A stretch of 38,025 nucleotides of DNA from a virus (Duplodnaviria; Caudoviricetes): the IMG/VR virus record IMGVR_UViG_3300022181_000005, positions 1 through 38,025 of that record; one strand, given 5' to 3'. Below the pieces are notes generated by a model that had not been told where the DNA came from, ran no database searches, and saw nothing but the letters and a program-made list of their open reading frames with translations. How positions within the stretch are numbered: the stretch's first letter is position 1; every line of letters begins with the position of its first letter. Of this stretch, positions 16,257-24,907 are shown in pieces. The position numbers and the translations under genes are program-made.

Positions 16257-17387
16257 CTACCTTCCATAAAGCAAAACTCCTTCCCGCATGGCGTCCACGT
16301 ATTTAAGGTCTCTCGTATAGACGACCGTGTATCCAACCCACTGCCCCCGGGAACCTTCAGCGACGAGGAGCAGGGGCCGGTTCTTGCCGGACTCAATGAG
16401 GGAGATGTACCGCTTTCTCAGCACTACTTTCCCCGTCAGTTTCTCCCTTTCCGCCTGGAGCCATATCTCGTAAGGCGTCCTGATGGCCTCCTCGATGAAA
16501 GGCAAAAACCGTTCGCGGCCGTCGAGCCTGAGATGGTCTGCAAATGTCTGATTCATGATAAGCGGATCGTCGATCGCATCGCGCAGCGTCCTGCCCATGA
16601 GCGTCTCTTTGTACAGGTCCACTGCCTTCTCGCCCTTCGGCCACGGGGTGGTCGTGGACCGCACATAATCCTTCACCTCCCGGATCGGACTGCGGCCGTG
16701 ATCGGCGTAGGTCTTGCCGATGAGCGGGGTCCAGCGGCCAGGGTCCGATTGCAGGGCCAGGAATTCCCTCTCGGTGAGGGTCTTCCCGAGTGATGCGCCG
16801 GGATTGCTGTCAAATCCCGGGTCCGCCATGCCCCTGACATCCCTTTCTACATCGAGGCTCTCGCGGGAAAGGTCACCCTTCGATAGTGCGCGGACGGTGC
16901 AACGGCAGTTGAACCCGTTCGGCGGATAGCTCGTCTGCCAGAAGGGGTCGTCACTGCGCAGGACCCTGCCGTTCATGGCGGCATGGGCCGGACGCGTCCT
17001 GCCGTCCATAACCGCCACATACTGCCAGAAGGGAAGATTCCCCGCTACCGCCGTCTGTCTTTCGTAATGCCCCGCCTGGTAGGCGGCCTGGATGTTGGTC
17101 CGGAACACCGTGTCGAGCCGGTACGCATTCATGCCCGTCCAGCCGCGGGTTGCCATCGTCTCTTTCACCGACTTCTTGAATTCTTTGAATGTCGTGCCCG
17201 ACTCGATCGCCTTGTCGATCCCCGTATAGAGATCGGTGAGCAGATCCATCCGGGCCACACCGGCGACGGCGAAGGCCCTGGCGCGCGCTTCCGCGGTGAG
17301 CTGCCGGTACCTCGCGGGCGTGAGGACCGTTTTATCCTGGAAGAACCTGATCGCCTCGGAGAAAGGGAGCTTTCGGAACTGGATCAT
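16257..17387 (-). CDS. MuF (gp30) minor head protein with C-terminal PBECR2-like nuclease domain
   Basis: MuF motifs 'TVFRTNIQAAY.AG', 'D.RTRPAH', 'PPNGFNCRC', 'DPGFDSNPG'. The ~150-aa extension 'H...DGRERFLPFI..AI..PYEIW...VVLRKRYI' resembles PBECR2. Confidence 0.85.
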   Translation of the reverse strand: MIQFRKLPFSEAIRFFQDKTVLTPARYRQLTAEARARAFAVAGVARMDLLTDLYTGIDKAIESGTTFKEFKKSVKETMATRGWTGMNAYRLDTVFRTNIQAAYQAGHYERQTAVAGNLPFWQYVAVMDGRTRPAHAAMNGRVLRSDDPFWQTSYPPNGFNCRCTVRALSKGDLSRESLDVERDVRGMADPGFDSNPGASLGKTLTEREFLALQSDPGRWTPLIGKTYADHGRSPIREVKDYVRSTTTPWPKGEKAVDLYKETLMGRTLRDAIDDPLIMNQTFADHLRLDGRERFLPFIEEAIRTPYEIWLQAEREKLTGKVVLRKRYISLIESGKNRPLLLVAEGSRGQWVGYTVVYTRDLKYVDAMREGVLLYGR

Positions 17388-18931
17388 TCGAGGGACCTCC
17401 CCTTCAGGCCGGCAAGGGTCATCGCCGATTCGAGAACTTCACGGAACCTGGTCGTGTCGATTCCGTGGTAGACATCGGCAAGCTTCTCCTGAAGGTCTTC
17501 ATATGATTGAGCTGCGTCGACGATCTCCTCGAGTGTGGTCACGTCGATGGCGCCCGAGGCCGTCGCATTATCGGCCAAGCCGTCGATGTATTCCTGGGCG
17601 GCTATGAGGCTGTTGATGCCCTCGGCTACGGGTGCCTTGTGGGTTGTCTTCTCGACCTGCCCGTCATCACCGGGTCCGCCGGGCTGCCGCAGACGCAGGG
17701 TCTTCTCTCCCGCCTGGGGTTTCGGGATACCGAAGCGGTCATAGATGTGGCTCTCGGGGATTCCCTCGAAACCCGCCTCCTTTACCAGGATGCCGTAGAC
17801 CTTCGCGGTCCTCTCGATGTCTTCCTCTTCCTCGCAGTGGAGCTTGAATATGGGCACGCCCTTACCGGGCCCGTAGTTGAACACAACCCAGGGGGTGAGG
17901 AGGTGGAACTTCATCGTCTTCATGAGCGCCCGGGAGTCCGATTCCACAAGGTCCTGTCTCAGGTCGGTCGCCTGCTTCTCAGCGCCGAGCTTGCCGGGGG
18001 TGCCCTCGACGTTGCCCGTGTGCCCGAGGACCGCCTTGCTCATCGCCTTGTCGCAGAACTCGGCGAACTTCGCGTGCGAGCTGTTGGTGCCCGTCACCTT
18101 GGATTCCAGGATCTCGATCACCGTCGATTCGGAGATGACCGCGGCCGCGTCGACGCCGAGGTTGAAGACGGCGCGCTTGAGGGCCTCGATATCGCTCGGC
18201 GTCGCCCCGGGCTTGTACTTGCCGATGCGCATGGGCACCGAGAAGAGCTCGTTGAAGATGAGCCAGTCCTTGATGTCGTAGTTCTTGAAGAGGTACATCC
18301 AGGCACAGGGCCGAAGGAGCCCTCCGCGAGGCGTCGCACCCGAGCGTGCCTTGTAGGCGTGCACGAGGAACTTGTTGGGCGGCAGCTCCTCGCCCCAGAC
18401 GGGCGCCTCGTCGGTGAGAAGCCTGGGGAACTTGAGAAGGGCCTCCGGGGAATTGAAGGTGAAGCGCTTCTGGTGGACCCACTCGAGGGTCTTTGCCCAG
18501 ACCTGCCCCTCGGAGATCTCCCACATGATCTCCGATACGGAGAAGCCTTTCCCCACTGCGTCGAGGATGTCGATCAGCGCGTCATCGAAGTTCTCGATGT
18601 ACTCGATCATCTCCCTGGCCGCAGCGGCGATCTTCTTGTCCTCCGCGCTGTCGGAGGCCGGCAGGACGTCCCACTCGAGACCCGTCACCGCGAGCTTGCG
18701 GGACTGCAGGATCCCCGTGAGATGGAGGTCTTTCTCCTCCATCTCCTCGAAGAGCTCCGCCTGCCGCGTGACGTCCCCCTGGTCCGCCTCCTTGAAGATC
18801 CGGGCGAGGCGCTCCGGGGTGAGTCCCTGGGAGGGGTAGAAACCGTAGCGGTCCCGGACCGTCTGGACGGCGATTTCTTCGAGGATGGGCTTGTTGGAAC
18901 GGATTTCCCGGCCGAACTGGTCTACGAGCAT
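17384..18931 (-). CDS. Portal protein (Mu gp29/DUF935)
   Basis: 'GLTP.RLA.I', 'ELFEEMEEKD.HL', 'DAVGKGFSVSEI.W', 'P.RIGKY' motifs. Confidence 0.95.
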   Translation of the reverse strand: MLVDQFGREIRSNKPILEEIAVQTVRDRYGFYPSQGLTPERLARIFKEADQGDVTRQAELFEEMEEKDLHLTGILQSRKLAVTGLEWDVLPASDSAEDKKIAAAAREMIEYIENFDDALIDILDAVGKGFSVSEIMWEISEGQVWAKTLEWVHQKRFTFNSPEALLKFPRLLTDEAPVWGEELPPNKFLVHAYKARSGATPRGGLLRPCAWMYLFKNYDIKDWLIFNELFSVPMRIGKYKPGATPSDIEALKRAVFNLGVDAAAVISESTVIEILESKVTGTNSSHAKFAEFCDKAMSKAVLGHTGNVEGTPGKLGAEKQATDLRQDLVESDSRALMKTMKFHLLTPWVVFNYGPGKGVPIFKLHCEEEEDIERTAKVYGILVKEAGFEGIPESHIYDRFGIPKPQAGEKTLRLRQPGGPGDDGQVEKTTHKAPVAEGINSLIAAQEYIDGLADNATASGAIDVTTLEEIVDAAQSYEDLQEKLADVYHGIDTTRFREVLESAMTLAGLKGRSLE

Positions 18932-19052
18932 AATTAGAAGGCCTCCCAGTTCGCCGTTGACATAGTTATAACACCTGTCAACGGCTTCATGCGGGTATTT
19001 GCCCTTATAAAGGGTCCGGCCTCAAAATAGGGCCTTTTTTGCGCCTGTCTCA
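18932..19052. promoter_or_regulatory. Central intergenic site, candidate strong gyrase site (SGS)-like element
   Basis: Spans the genome midpoint (19013). 10-bp inverted repeat GCCGTTGACA/TGTCAACGGC around GTTATAAC, plus CCCTTATAAAGGG and A/T tracts. Confidence 0.5.
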
Positions 19053-20738
19053 TTACCATGCTCCTCTCGCTGCAAATCTCAGTCGATGGTCTCCTTCATC
19101 GTCATCCCTCTTGAAGACTCCCCGGGTGGCCACCGTTGTATACTCCACGGACCCGGCAAGACCTTTCTCGAGCAAGGTCTTGAGCATCTCCAGGGCATCC
19201 GGCCCGTCGTCATGGCCTCCCTTGCCCCGGGGCCGGTAGTAGATGAGGTGCTTTATCAGTTCCCCCATCCCCTGCCTTTTGAACCGGATCCACCCGTTCT
19301 TTACCCAGGGCTGCAGGGTGATGATGCGCAGGTCCTTGTCGACGTTCGGCTTGACGCCCTCGACGTATACCGTCATGCCCCGCTTGTGGGTCTCAGCCTC
19401 GAAGGCGTCCTTGAAGTACTCCTGGAACTGCACGTCCTCGATCACGACCTGGCTGAAGCGGTCCCGGGCGTGATAGGTCATGAAGTCGTCGATGATCTTG
19501 TCGGGGTGCCTCTTCTCGATATCCGCCACGGTAAGGTAGATGATGCCGTCCTTCATCCGGCCGCCGATGATGGCAGAGGGGTCGGCCGCGCGCGACTTCT
19601 TGCCCATCGACGGGTCGATGGCGCAGCCCTGCTGGAGCCCGGAGAGATCGATCTCGTCCTCGTCGTAGTACTGGATCCACTCCTCGAGAAAGATGGCGTC
19701 CTCGGGGTTCAGGGGTTCGTTCTGTTTCTCGGAGTTGAAGTACGCCGGCCCCTCGGAGACGTACATCTTCATGAGGTAGTAATAGGGCTCGCGCTCTTTC
19801 CAGAGGACCTCGGTGCCGGCGAGCATCTCCGCCTGGTGCTCCGCAAAGAACGCGTCCGCCCCGGACTCCGCCTCTTCCTTGCCGACGCTCACGTCCGCGA
19901 AGATCTGCTCCCACTTCTCCCAGAGCTTCGACAGTGACCATTTCAAGACGGCCTTGAATTTGCGTCCCTTCCATCCGGGCTTCTTGAGGAGGTTCGCGAG
20001 GAGCGAATCGTAATGGAGGATGGTTCCCACGACGATGTAGACCGTGTCGGGCTGCCCGATCTTCATCAGTGCCTTGAAGAACCATTTCTCCAGCTTCTTA
20101 CGCTGGTCCGGGGACTCAACCGACTCGTCGTTCTCGAGGTCGTCACAGATGACGAGGTCGGGCCTGCGGGATCCGTGGCGCATGCCGCGGAGCTTCTGGC
20201 CGGCACCGACGCCCCTGATCTTCACCCCGTTCCGGGTGATGATCTGCGAGGCCTGCCAGACGGGACCCTCGCCGCAGAGATCCGGGAAGTCCTGCTTCAA
20301 TCTCTCGTTTGTTTCGAGCTCTGCCTTGATGAAGGAGATGAAGTCCGCCGACTGCGCGGCCGTCTCGCTGACGATGAGCGGAAACAGGCGGTGCCTGTAT
20401 GCGGCGCACCACAACGGAAGAATGAGGGTGGTCCAGGTGGACTTCGCGTTACCCCTCGGCGCCGCGTCCGCCTCCCGGTCTCCTTCCCCCGTCTCGCTCG
20501 CCCGGAGGACCATCTGCGGATACCTCATGGAGAAATACCTGTGCAGCTCCGAAGGGGGCGTATCGAGATAGTGGGGAAAGTAGGTCAGCCCGAAGTATTC
20601 CAGGTCATTCCTGGCCTGGCTTATCCTCTCGCGCTGAGCCTTGCGGTCATCGGAGAAGGGTTTCGCCTTGCTCTGGATGAGGGCCCGGAGGGCTTCGACC
20701 TCCCGGTTGAACATCCTGTCTTTCGCGCTAAGCGGCAT
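19053..20738 (-). CDS. Terminase large subunit
   Basis: Walker A-like 'APRGNAKST', Walker B 'LVICDDLEND', nuclease motifs 'AIDPS' and 'HDDGPDALE'. Confidence 0.95.
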   Translation of the reverse strand: MPLSAKDRMFNREVEALRALIQSKAKPFSDDRKAQRERISQARNDLEYFGLTYFPHYLDTPPSELHRYFSMRYPQMVLRASETGEGDREADAAPRGNAKSTWTTLILPLWCAAYRHRLFPLIVSETAAQSADFISFIKAELETNERLKQDFPDLCGEGPVWQASQIITRNGVKIRGVGAGQKLRGMRHGSRRPDLVICDDLENDESVESPDQRKKLEKWFFKALMKIGQPDTVYIVVGTILHYDSLLANLLKKPGWKGRKFKAVLKWSLSKLWEKWEQIFADVSVGKEEAESGADAFFAEHQAEMLAGTEVLWKEREPYYYLMKMYVSEGPAYFNSEKQNEPLNPEDAIFLEEWIQYYDEDEIDLSGLQQGCAIDPSMGKKSRAADPSAIIGGRMKDGIIYLTVADIEKRHPDKIIDDFMTYHARDRFSQVVIEDVQFQEYFKDAFEAETHKRGMTVYVEGVKPNVDKDLRIITLQPWVKNGWIRFKRQGMGELIKHLIYYRPRGKGGHDDGPDALEMLKTLLEKGLAGSVEYTTVATRGVFKRDDDEGDHRLRFAARGAW

Positions 20739-21240
20739 AGGTCTCCTGTGCGTATCTTACGAAGTCATCAAAGTTCCGCTCGATCCCCTCGAGAGCTGCG
20801 GGGTCGTTCTTCCCGAGCCACCCGATAAGGTCCTTCATGAAGTCGAGGAAGAGCGCCGCCTTGACCGCACCCGTCTTCGCCTTTATCTCCGTGATGGACT
20901 TGACGATCCCCGTGTAGGCGAACATGGCCTGGTTGTCGACCTTGCCCGGCCCCAGGGTTTCGAAGTACGCTTCGTAGCGTTCCTGGACCTTCTCCAAGGA
21001 CAGAAGGGCCCGGGCCTCGGCGCTCATCGCCGGGTCGCCTGTCTTCTTTTCGTACACCTCGGCTCGGGCCGCCCGGTCCTTCCACCCGTACTTCTCCATC
21101 CAGTCGTAGAGGGTCGGCTTGGAGATGGAGTACCCCTTCTTCTTAAGCTCGGCGAGGGTCTGCTCCACGTTCTGTCCGCATAAGCGCCAGGTGTCATAGG
21201 CGTCCTCGCGTGTCTCGATCTGGTAGGATCTGTTCGCCAT
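20728..21240 (-). CDS. Probable terminase small subunit (N-terminal HTH)
   Basis: 'ISKPTLYDW..KYGW' HTH; directly upstream of and overlapping terL. Confidence 0.75.
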   Translation of the reverse strand: MANRSYQIETREDAYDTWRLCGQNVEQTLAELKKKGYSISKPTLYDWMEKYGWKDRAARAEVYEKKTGDPAMSAEARALLSLEKVQERYEAYFETLGPGKVDNQAMFAYTGIVKSITEIKAKTGAVKAALFLDFMKDLIGWLGKNDPAALEGIERNFDDFVRYAQETYAA

Positions 21241-21486
21241 CTATTGCAGCTCCTTCTCGGCAAGCTCGATCTCACGCTGCAGCTGGAGGTATTCCGCCTG
21301 GAGCTTCTCGAGCTCCGCGGAGATCTCGGCGACCATGGCGAGCCTTAGATTCTCGGGCTTCGTGAGGGGATAGCCGGCAAGGGCCTCCTTGATGTCCTTC
21401 ACCTTGCGATCGATCTCCCCCGCGAGCTCCAGGGCCCGGAACTTCCTCGCCTGTATCTCCGTCTTGAGCCTCGCTATCTCACCCAT
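21241..21486 (-). CDS. Coiled-coil hypothetical protein
   Basis: ORF packed in the late operon with SD GGAGG; heptad pattern. Confidence 0.7.
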   Translation of the reverse strand: MGEIARLKTEIQARKFRALELAGEIDRKVKDIKEALAGYPLTKPENLRLAMVAEISAELEKLQAEYLQLQREIELAEKELQ

Positions 21487-21820
21487 GCATATCCTCCATG
21501 CGGACCTTTTTCACCCGTGCGAGCGGGCAGTACTGGTTCGCGTTGATCTTGTCGATCGCTTCGCTCCACTTCGCGGTGTTGAGAGTCACCACGTCGTTGA
21601 GTCCGCTCGCCAGCTTGTCGAAGGACTCGACGAGCTTCACGTTGTTCTTGTACATCTCCTTCATGGCGTCGAAGCGCTTCTCCTGGACCCGGGACATGAT
21701 GAAGGAGAATATCCAGGGACCGAAGACGATGACGATGAACATCGATCCCACCGGCAGGGCGCCGAGCTTCTCCACGATCGTCGCGATTGCTCCTATTGCC
21801 TGTGCGGTCTCGGGGGTCAT
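21479..21820 (-). CDS. Membrane-anchored hypothetical protein (lysis/packaging junction)
   Basis: One TM segment followed by a coiled coil; ATGA coupling to the upstream gene. Confidence 0.7.
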   Translation of the reverse strand: MTPETAQAIGAIATIVEKLGALPVGSMFIVIVFGPWIFSFIMSRVQEKRFDAMKEMYKNNVKLVESFDKLASGLNDVVTLNTAKWSEAIDKINANQYCPLARVKKVRMEDMHG

Positions 21821-22119
21821 CTTCCTTCACCTTCCTTCAGGTCTTCCAGGGTGCCTCTCATCTCCGCCTGGTAGCCCCTGTCCAGTTCACGGTTCTTGAG
21901 GAGCCCCTTCGCGTTTCCGGGATCGAGGCAGTAGAGGCCGTCCTTCGCCGTGAATTTGGCCGGGTAGTACTCCGGCGGCGCCGGGGGCTCCTGGACCTGC
22001 TGCCGAATATACTCAGTCCTTACGATCTGCCGGCCGTCGGTCATTGACGTACATCCCGTTGAGAGCATCGAGAATAGGATCGCCAGTACCACTATCGCCA
22101 GCATTGCCTTTCGTCTCAT
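21817..22119 (-). CDS. Outer-membrane spanin (Rz1-like lipoprotein)
   Basis: Signal peptide with lipobox 'LSTG-C', Pro-rich stretch; overlaps the 3' end of the i-spanin in another frame. Confidence 0.75.
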   Translation of the reverse strand: MRRKAMLAIVVLAILFSMLSTGCTSMTDGRQIVRTEYIRQQVQEPPAPPEYYPAKFTAKDGLYCLDPGNAKGLLKNRELDRGYQAEMRGTLEDLKEGEGR

Positions 22120-22429
22120 TTGCCTTCACCTCCGGTTTCAATCCGTCGATCCGCTTTATCTCGGCGGCGGTGTGTTCTTTTTGCCTGAGCCGTGTGGTGC
22201 AGCTCTTCTGTGCCGATTGCAACTCCGTCGTGAGGCTCCCGATCGTCGCCTGGCTTGCCTGGTTGGCGTCCTGGCAGACTGTCAATTCCTGCTGCGTCTT
22301 CGTAAGGTCCAGCTTGACGGCATCTATCTGCAGCTGCTTCACCTTGCCGACGACGATACCGCCTATGATGACGCCGATCAGGAAGGGGATGAGGATCTTC
22401 GCTATCTTCCAGGCTATCGGTGCGCTCAT
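22013..22429 (-). CDS. Inner-membrane spanin (Rz-like)
   Basis: ATG at 22429 overlaps the endolysin stop. N-terminal TM plus a periplasmic coiled coil with Cys residues. Confidence 0.75.
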   Translation of the reverse strand: MSAPIAWKIAKILIPFLIGVIIGGIVVGKVKQLQIDAVKLDLTKTQQELTVCQDANQASQATIGSLTTELQSAQKSCTTRLRQKEHTAAEIKRIDGLKPEVKANETKGNAGDSGTGDPILDALNGMYVNDRRPADRKD

Positions 22430-23028
22430 CTGTATTTCTCCCCTCTGGTCTCGATCTGGCGCGGGTAGTCGATGTTCACCCGGCAGAGATCGAGAAGCGA
22501 GCCGTTCTTTAGCCGGATGACCTTGCGCCGGCACTGTTCTTCTATCGCCTCCCGGTCACAGGACCCGGCACGGCGGATCTCTCTGTTGAGAAGGCCCTGG
22601 CCGCCGTTGTAGGCGCGAAATGCATAGTGCCAGCCCTCACACGCCACTACGCCATACAGATACCTGTCGTACAGAATGAGCGCCCGGATAGACCAGCGTG
22701 TGTCATACGGGGAGGGCATCACCGAGATCTCCCGGAGGGCCTCTTCCCGATCGTGGATCCACTCGGCGGTCTTAGGCATGAACTGACCCAGACCAACTCC
22801 GCCGTCAAAGGCTGTGACTGCCGGCCTGCATCCACTTTCCTGCTCGATCTGACCGAGGAAAAGGTGCCAGGGCGCGTCCATGCCGAGATGAAAACGGGAT
22901 TCCCGGATAACCGCGGAGCGATACTTCAGGCACCGGTTGAGAGCGCTACAATCCGGCGGTGAGACCCAGGATAATAGCAGCGTACAGCATGCCGCGAAAA
23001 AGCATGATGCTGCGCCGGTCATATTCAC
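22426..23028 (-). CDS. Endolysin, SLT-type lytic transglycosylase
   Basis: 'GQIEQES', 'GLGQFMPKTA', 'AYNGG.G' SLT motifs; hydrophobic N-terminus. Exact start uncertain. Confidence 0.88.
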   Translation of the reverse strand: MNMTGAASCFFAACCTLLLSWVSPPDCSALNRCLKYRSAVIRESRFHLGMDAPWHLFLGQIEQESGCRPAVTAFDGGVGLGQFMPKTAEWIHDREEALREISVMPSPYDTRWSIRALILYDRYLYGVVACEGWHYAFRAYNGGQGLLNREIRRAGSCDREAIEEQCRRKVIRLKNGSLLDLCRVNIDYPRQIETRGEKYR

Positions 23029-23440
23029 TGATGCCCTCCTTTTCGATCTTTCCGAAAATGTATTTGTACCCGATGACCCAGATAGCCTCGGCCAGGATGA
23101 ACCCGGTGAGGATGAGGCAGCACTTGTAGAGGACCACCGATATCGTGCCTGCCTTGAGAAGGGCGATAAGCCCGATGACGCCGGAAAGGGGAAGGCCGAA
23201 CCGGAGGAGGTACTTCACCAGGACATTTGCGGATACCGGGGATACCTCGGCGCTGCCTTTCTCATCACCGATGCGGTCCCGGATCTCACCCACCGTTGTG
23301 GCGGCTTTGCCGCGAAGCCTCAGATAGAGGGTGTTGCACCACTCGACGATACGGGGGTTCCGCTTCGCGATGAGGATCCCGAGGAAGACCCCGGGCAAAA
23401 GTCCGATCACAAAGATGATGACATGCCAGATCACGTACAC
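22946..23440 (-). CDS. Putative holin
   Basis: Several TM helices; C-terminal 'FRGMLYAAIILGL..GL'; precedes and overlaps the endolysin. Confidence 0.7.
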   Translation of the reverse strand: MYVIWHVIIFVIGLLPGVFLGILIAKRNPRIVEWCNTLYLRLRGKAATTVGEIRDRIGDEKGSAEVSPVSANVLVKYLLRFGLPLSGVIGLIALLKAGTISVVLYKCCLILTGFILAEAIWVIGYKYIFGKIEKEGISEYDRRSIMLFRGMLYAAIILGLTAGL

Positions 23441-23446
23441 CTCCTG

Positions 23447-23890
23447 TTATGCGTAGAATTCAAAGTCGCCGATGACGGCGACAAGTTCCTTCGCTTCCGA
23501 CCAGGGAGCCTGATCTTTGCTCCTTCTGTAGTGGGTTGCCCCGGAGACATTGTCCGGGAGATCTCCGTTCATGACACCCTCGGCGATCCGGTAACACTCG
23601 CGCAGGTGTTTGTTCTTCTGGAACGCCTTGTCCCATCCGCCGGCGATCGCCATGAGGCCGAGGCGGTTCGGGTTGCCGACCTGGAAACAGGGGAACTGTC
23701 CGGGAAAGAGGATTACGTCTTTCAGGGTTTGGCCTGCATACCTGTTTTTAGCGCGGCTCATGATGCACGACGCCACACCGAGCTGCTGGCCCGTTATGAA
23801 CTTCTTGCCCGTCTCCCCGTAGATGCAAAGGGCGAGGAGCTGCGTGTCGTCGAGCTTCATGAAGCACTCCGCCGGGCGCCTGGGTATCAC
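23447..23890 (-). CDS. Cell wall hydrolase (SleB/Hydrolase_2-like)
   Basis: 'LALCIYGE', 'VA..I..R', 'V....QF.C', 'D...GATHY', 'P.W', 'IG...FY' motifs. First late gene. Confidence 0.82.
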   Translation of the reverse strand: MIPRRPAECFMKLDDTQLLALCIYGETGKKFITGQQLGVASCIMSRAKNRYAGQTLKDVILFPGQFPCFQVGNPNRLGLMAIAGGWDKAFQKNKHLRECYRIAEGVMNGDLPDNVSGATHYRRSKDQAPWSEAKELVAVIGDFEFYA

Positions 23891-24059
23891 AGGTCACCTC
23901 CCGAGCGTGTGCCCGGTAGAGGGGCGGCCGGGTTGTACACCGGCTCGCCTCCCCTCCAGGGCTTAACCAAGGCGTGGGGGTTTTCTTCTGATAAGGGCAG
24001 GACACCGGGAGCGGCGGGCCCGGCATCCTGCTTGTAAGGAAGGTGTTTCATCTCCCAAA

Positions 24060-24114
24060 GAGTAGAATAATGGGGGAAGGAAGTCCTTTGAAGTGGTTCA
24101 GAAAATTACTTCAA
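24060..24114 (-). promoter_or_regulatory. Putative Mor/C-activated late promoter
   Basis: Dyad TGAAccacTTCA (24089-24100) and TTGAAGT...ACTTCAA just after mor. -10-like TATTCT at 24069-24064 with no good -35. Confidence 0.5.
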
Positions 24115-24428
24115 TGAGAGGATGTATCGAACAAGGAGGGTTGCGGGGTTTTCTCTTCCACTATCTCACGAACCCAGCGCTCTGTCAAATCGAATTTCTT
24201 CGCCAGCTCCCGGTGATTGTTGCCGTTGAACTCGCGGCGTATGCATTCGTCCCGCTTCTTCCGCAGTATTCCTTCGAGCTGCGGGAAGTAATAGCCCAGG
24301 CCGCCCACGACGGAAGAGAGCTTCACGGCATTCTCGACGCCGATGGCGCGTGCTACCTCACGGTAGGATTCCGGGAGATCCTCGATCGTGATTTCGTTAA
24401 TGATCGCCGTGACCCATTCATTCATCAT
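24111..24428 (-). CDS. mor: Mor/C family transcription activator
   Basis: 'LPE.Y.E.A..IG.E.A..L....GG...Y.P', 'RD..I..EFNG.N..ELA.KF.LTERWVR.I' motifs. Confidence 0.9.
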   Translation of the reverse strand: MMNEWVTAIINEITIEDLPESYREVARAIGVENAVKLSSVVGGLGYYFPQLEGILRKKRDECIRREFNGNNHRELAKKFDLTERWVREIVEEKTPQPSLFDTSSH

Positions 24429-24907
24429 GCGTTGTTGCTCGCCTTTTTGCACGCACAGCCGTTCTGGCGCTTCCACATATCCTTGAGGGCCTCGATCACC
24501 GCTGAGGCATCCGGGGACGTCCGCACCTCGTCGACCTTGAAATATTTCCTGAGCCACCGGCGATATCCGTCCCAGTGGTGCCACTTGATATCTGCGGCCA
24601 GGTGCTCGATCATCCGGAGCTGGCCGGGGCTTGCCAGGACAACAACGTTGGCGGGGAGGGGCACCCCTGGCGTTCTCGGTGCACACGGCCAGCAGGGGTT
24701 TTGCGGTTCGGGCCGCTTGGTCTTCAACCTGAAACCCAATTTCTTGAACTCATCGATGAGCGCCGATGCCTGGTCGTAAGAGAGATCCTTGCTCGTTTCG
24801 ACCTTGTACCACTCTTTTAGCATGAGCTTGTAGGTCTCGTCACCCATCCGGAGTTGACTTTTTGCGATGTGGATCAGCTTGATCTGCTTCGGCTCAATGG
24901 GTCTCAT
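24425..24907 (-). CDS. gemA: GemA (DUF1018)-like regulator
   Basis: 'IKLIHIAK.QL...DE.Y', 'SKDLS', 'A...IEALK.M..R' motifs; upstream of mor. Confidence 0.88.
   Translation of the reverse strand: MRPIEPKQIKLIHIAKSQLRMGDETYKLMLKEWYKVETSKDLSYDQASALIDEFKKLGFRLKTKRPEPQNPCWPCAPRTPGVPLPANVVVLASPGQLRMIEHLAADIKWHHWDGYRRWLRKYFKVDEVRTSPDASAVIEALKDMWKRQNGCACKKASNNA

Noticed and set aside
16142-16396. 84-aa - strand ORF as the MuF immunity gene
   Set aside because: More than half overlaps muF out of frame, it has no convincing SD, and its composition is not protein-like.
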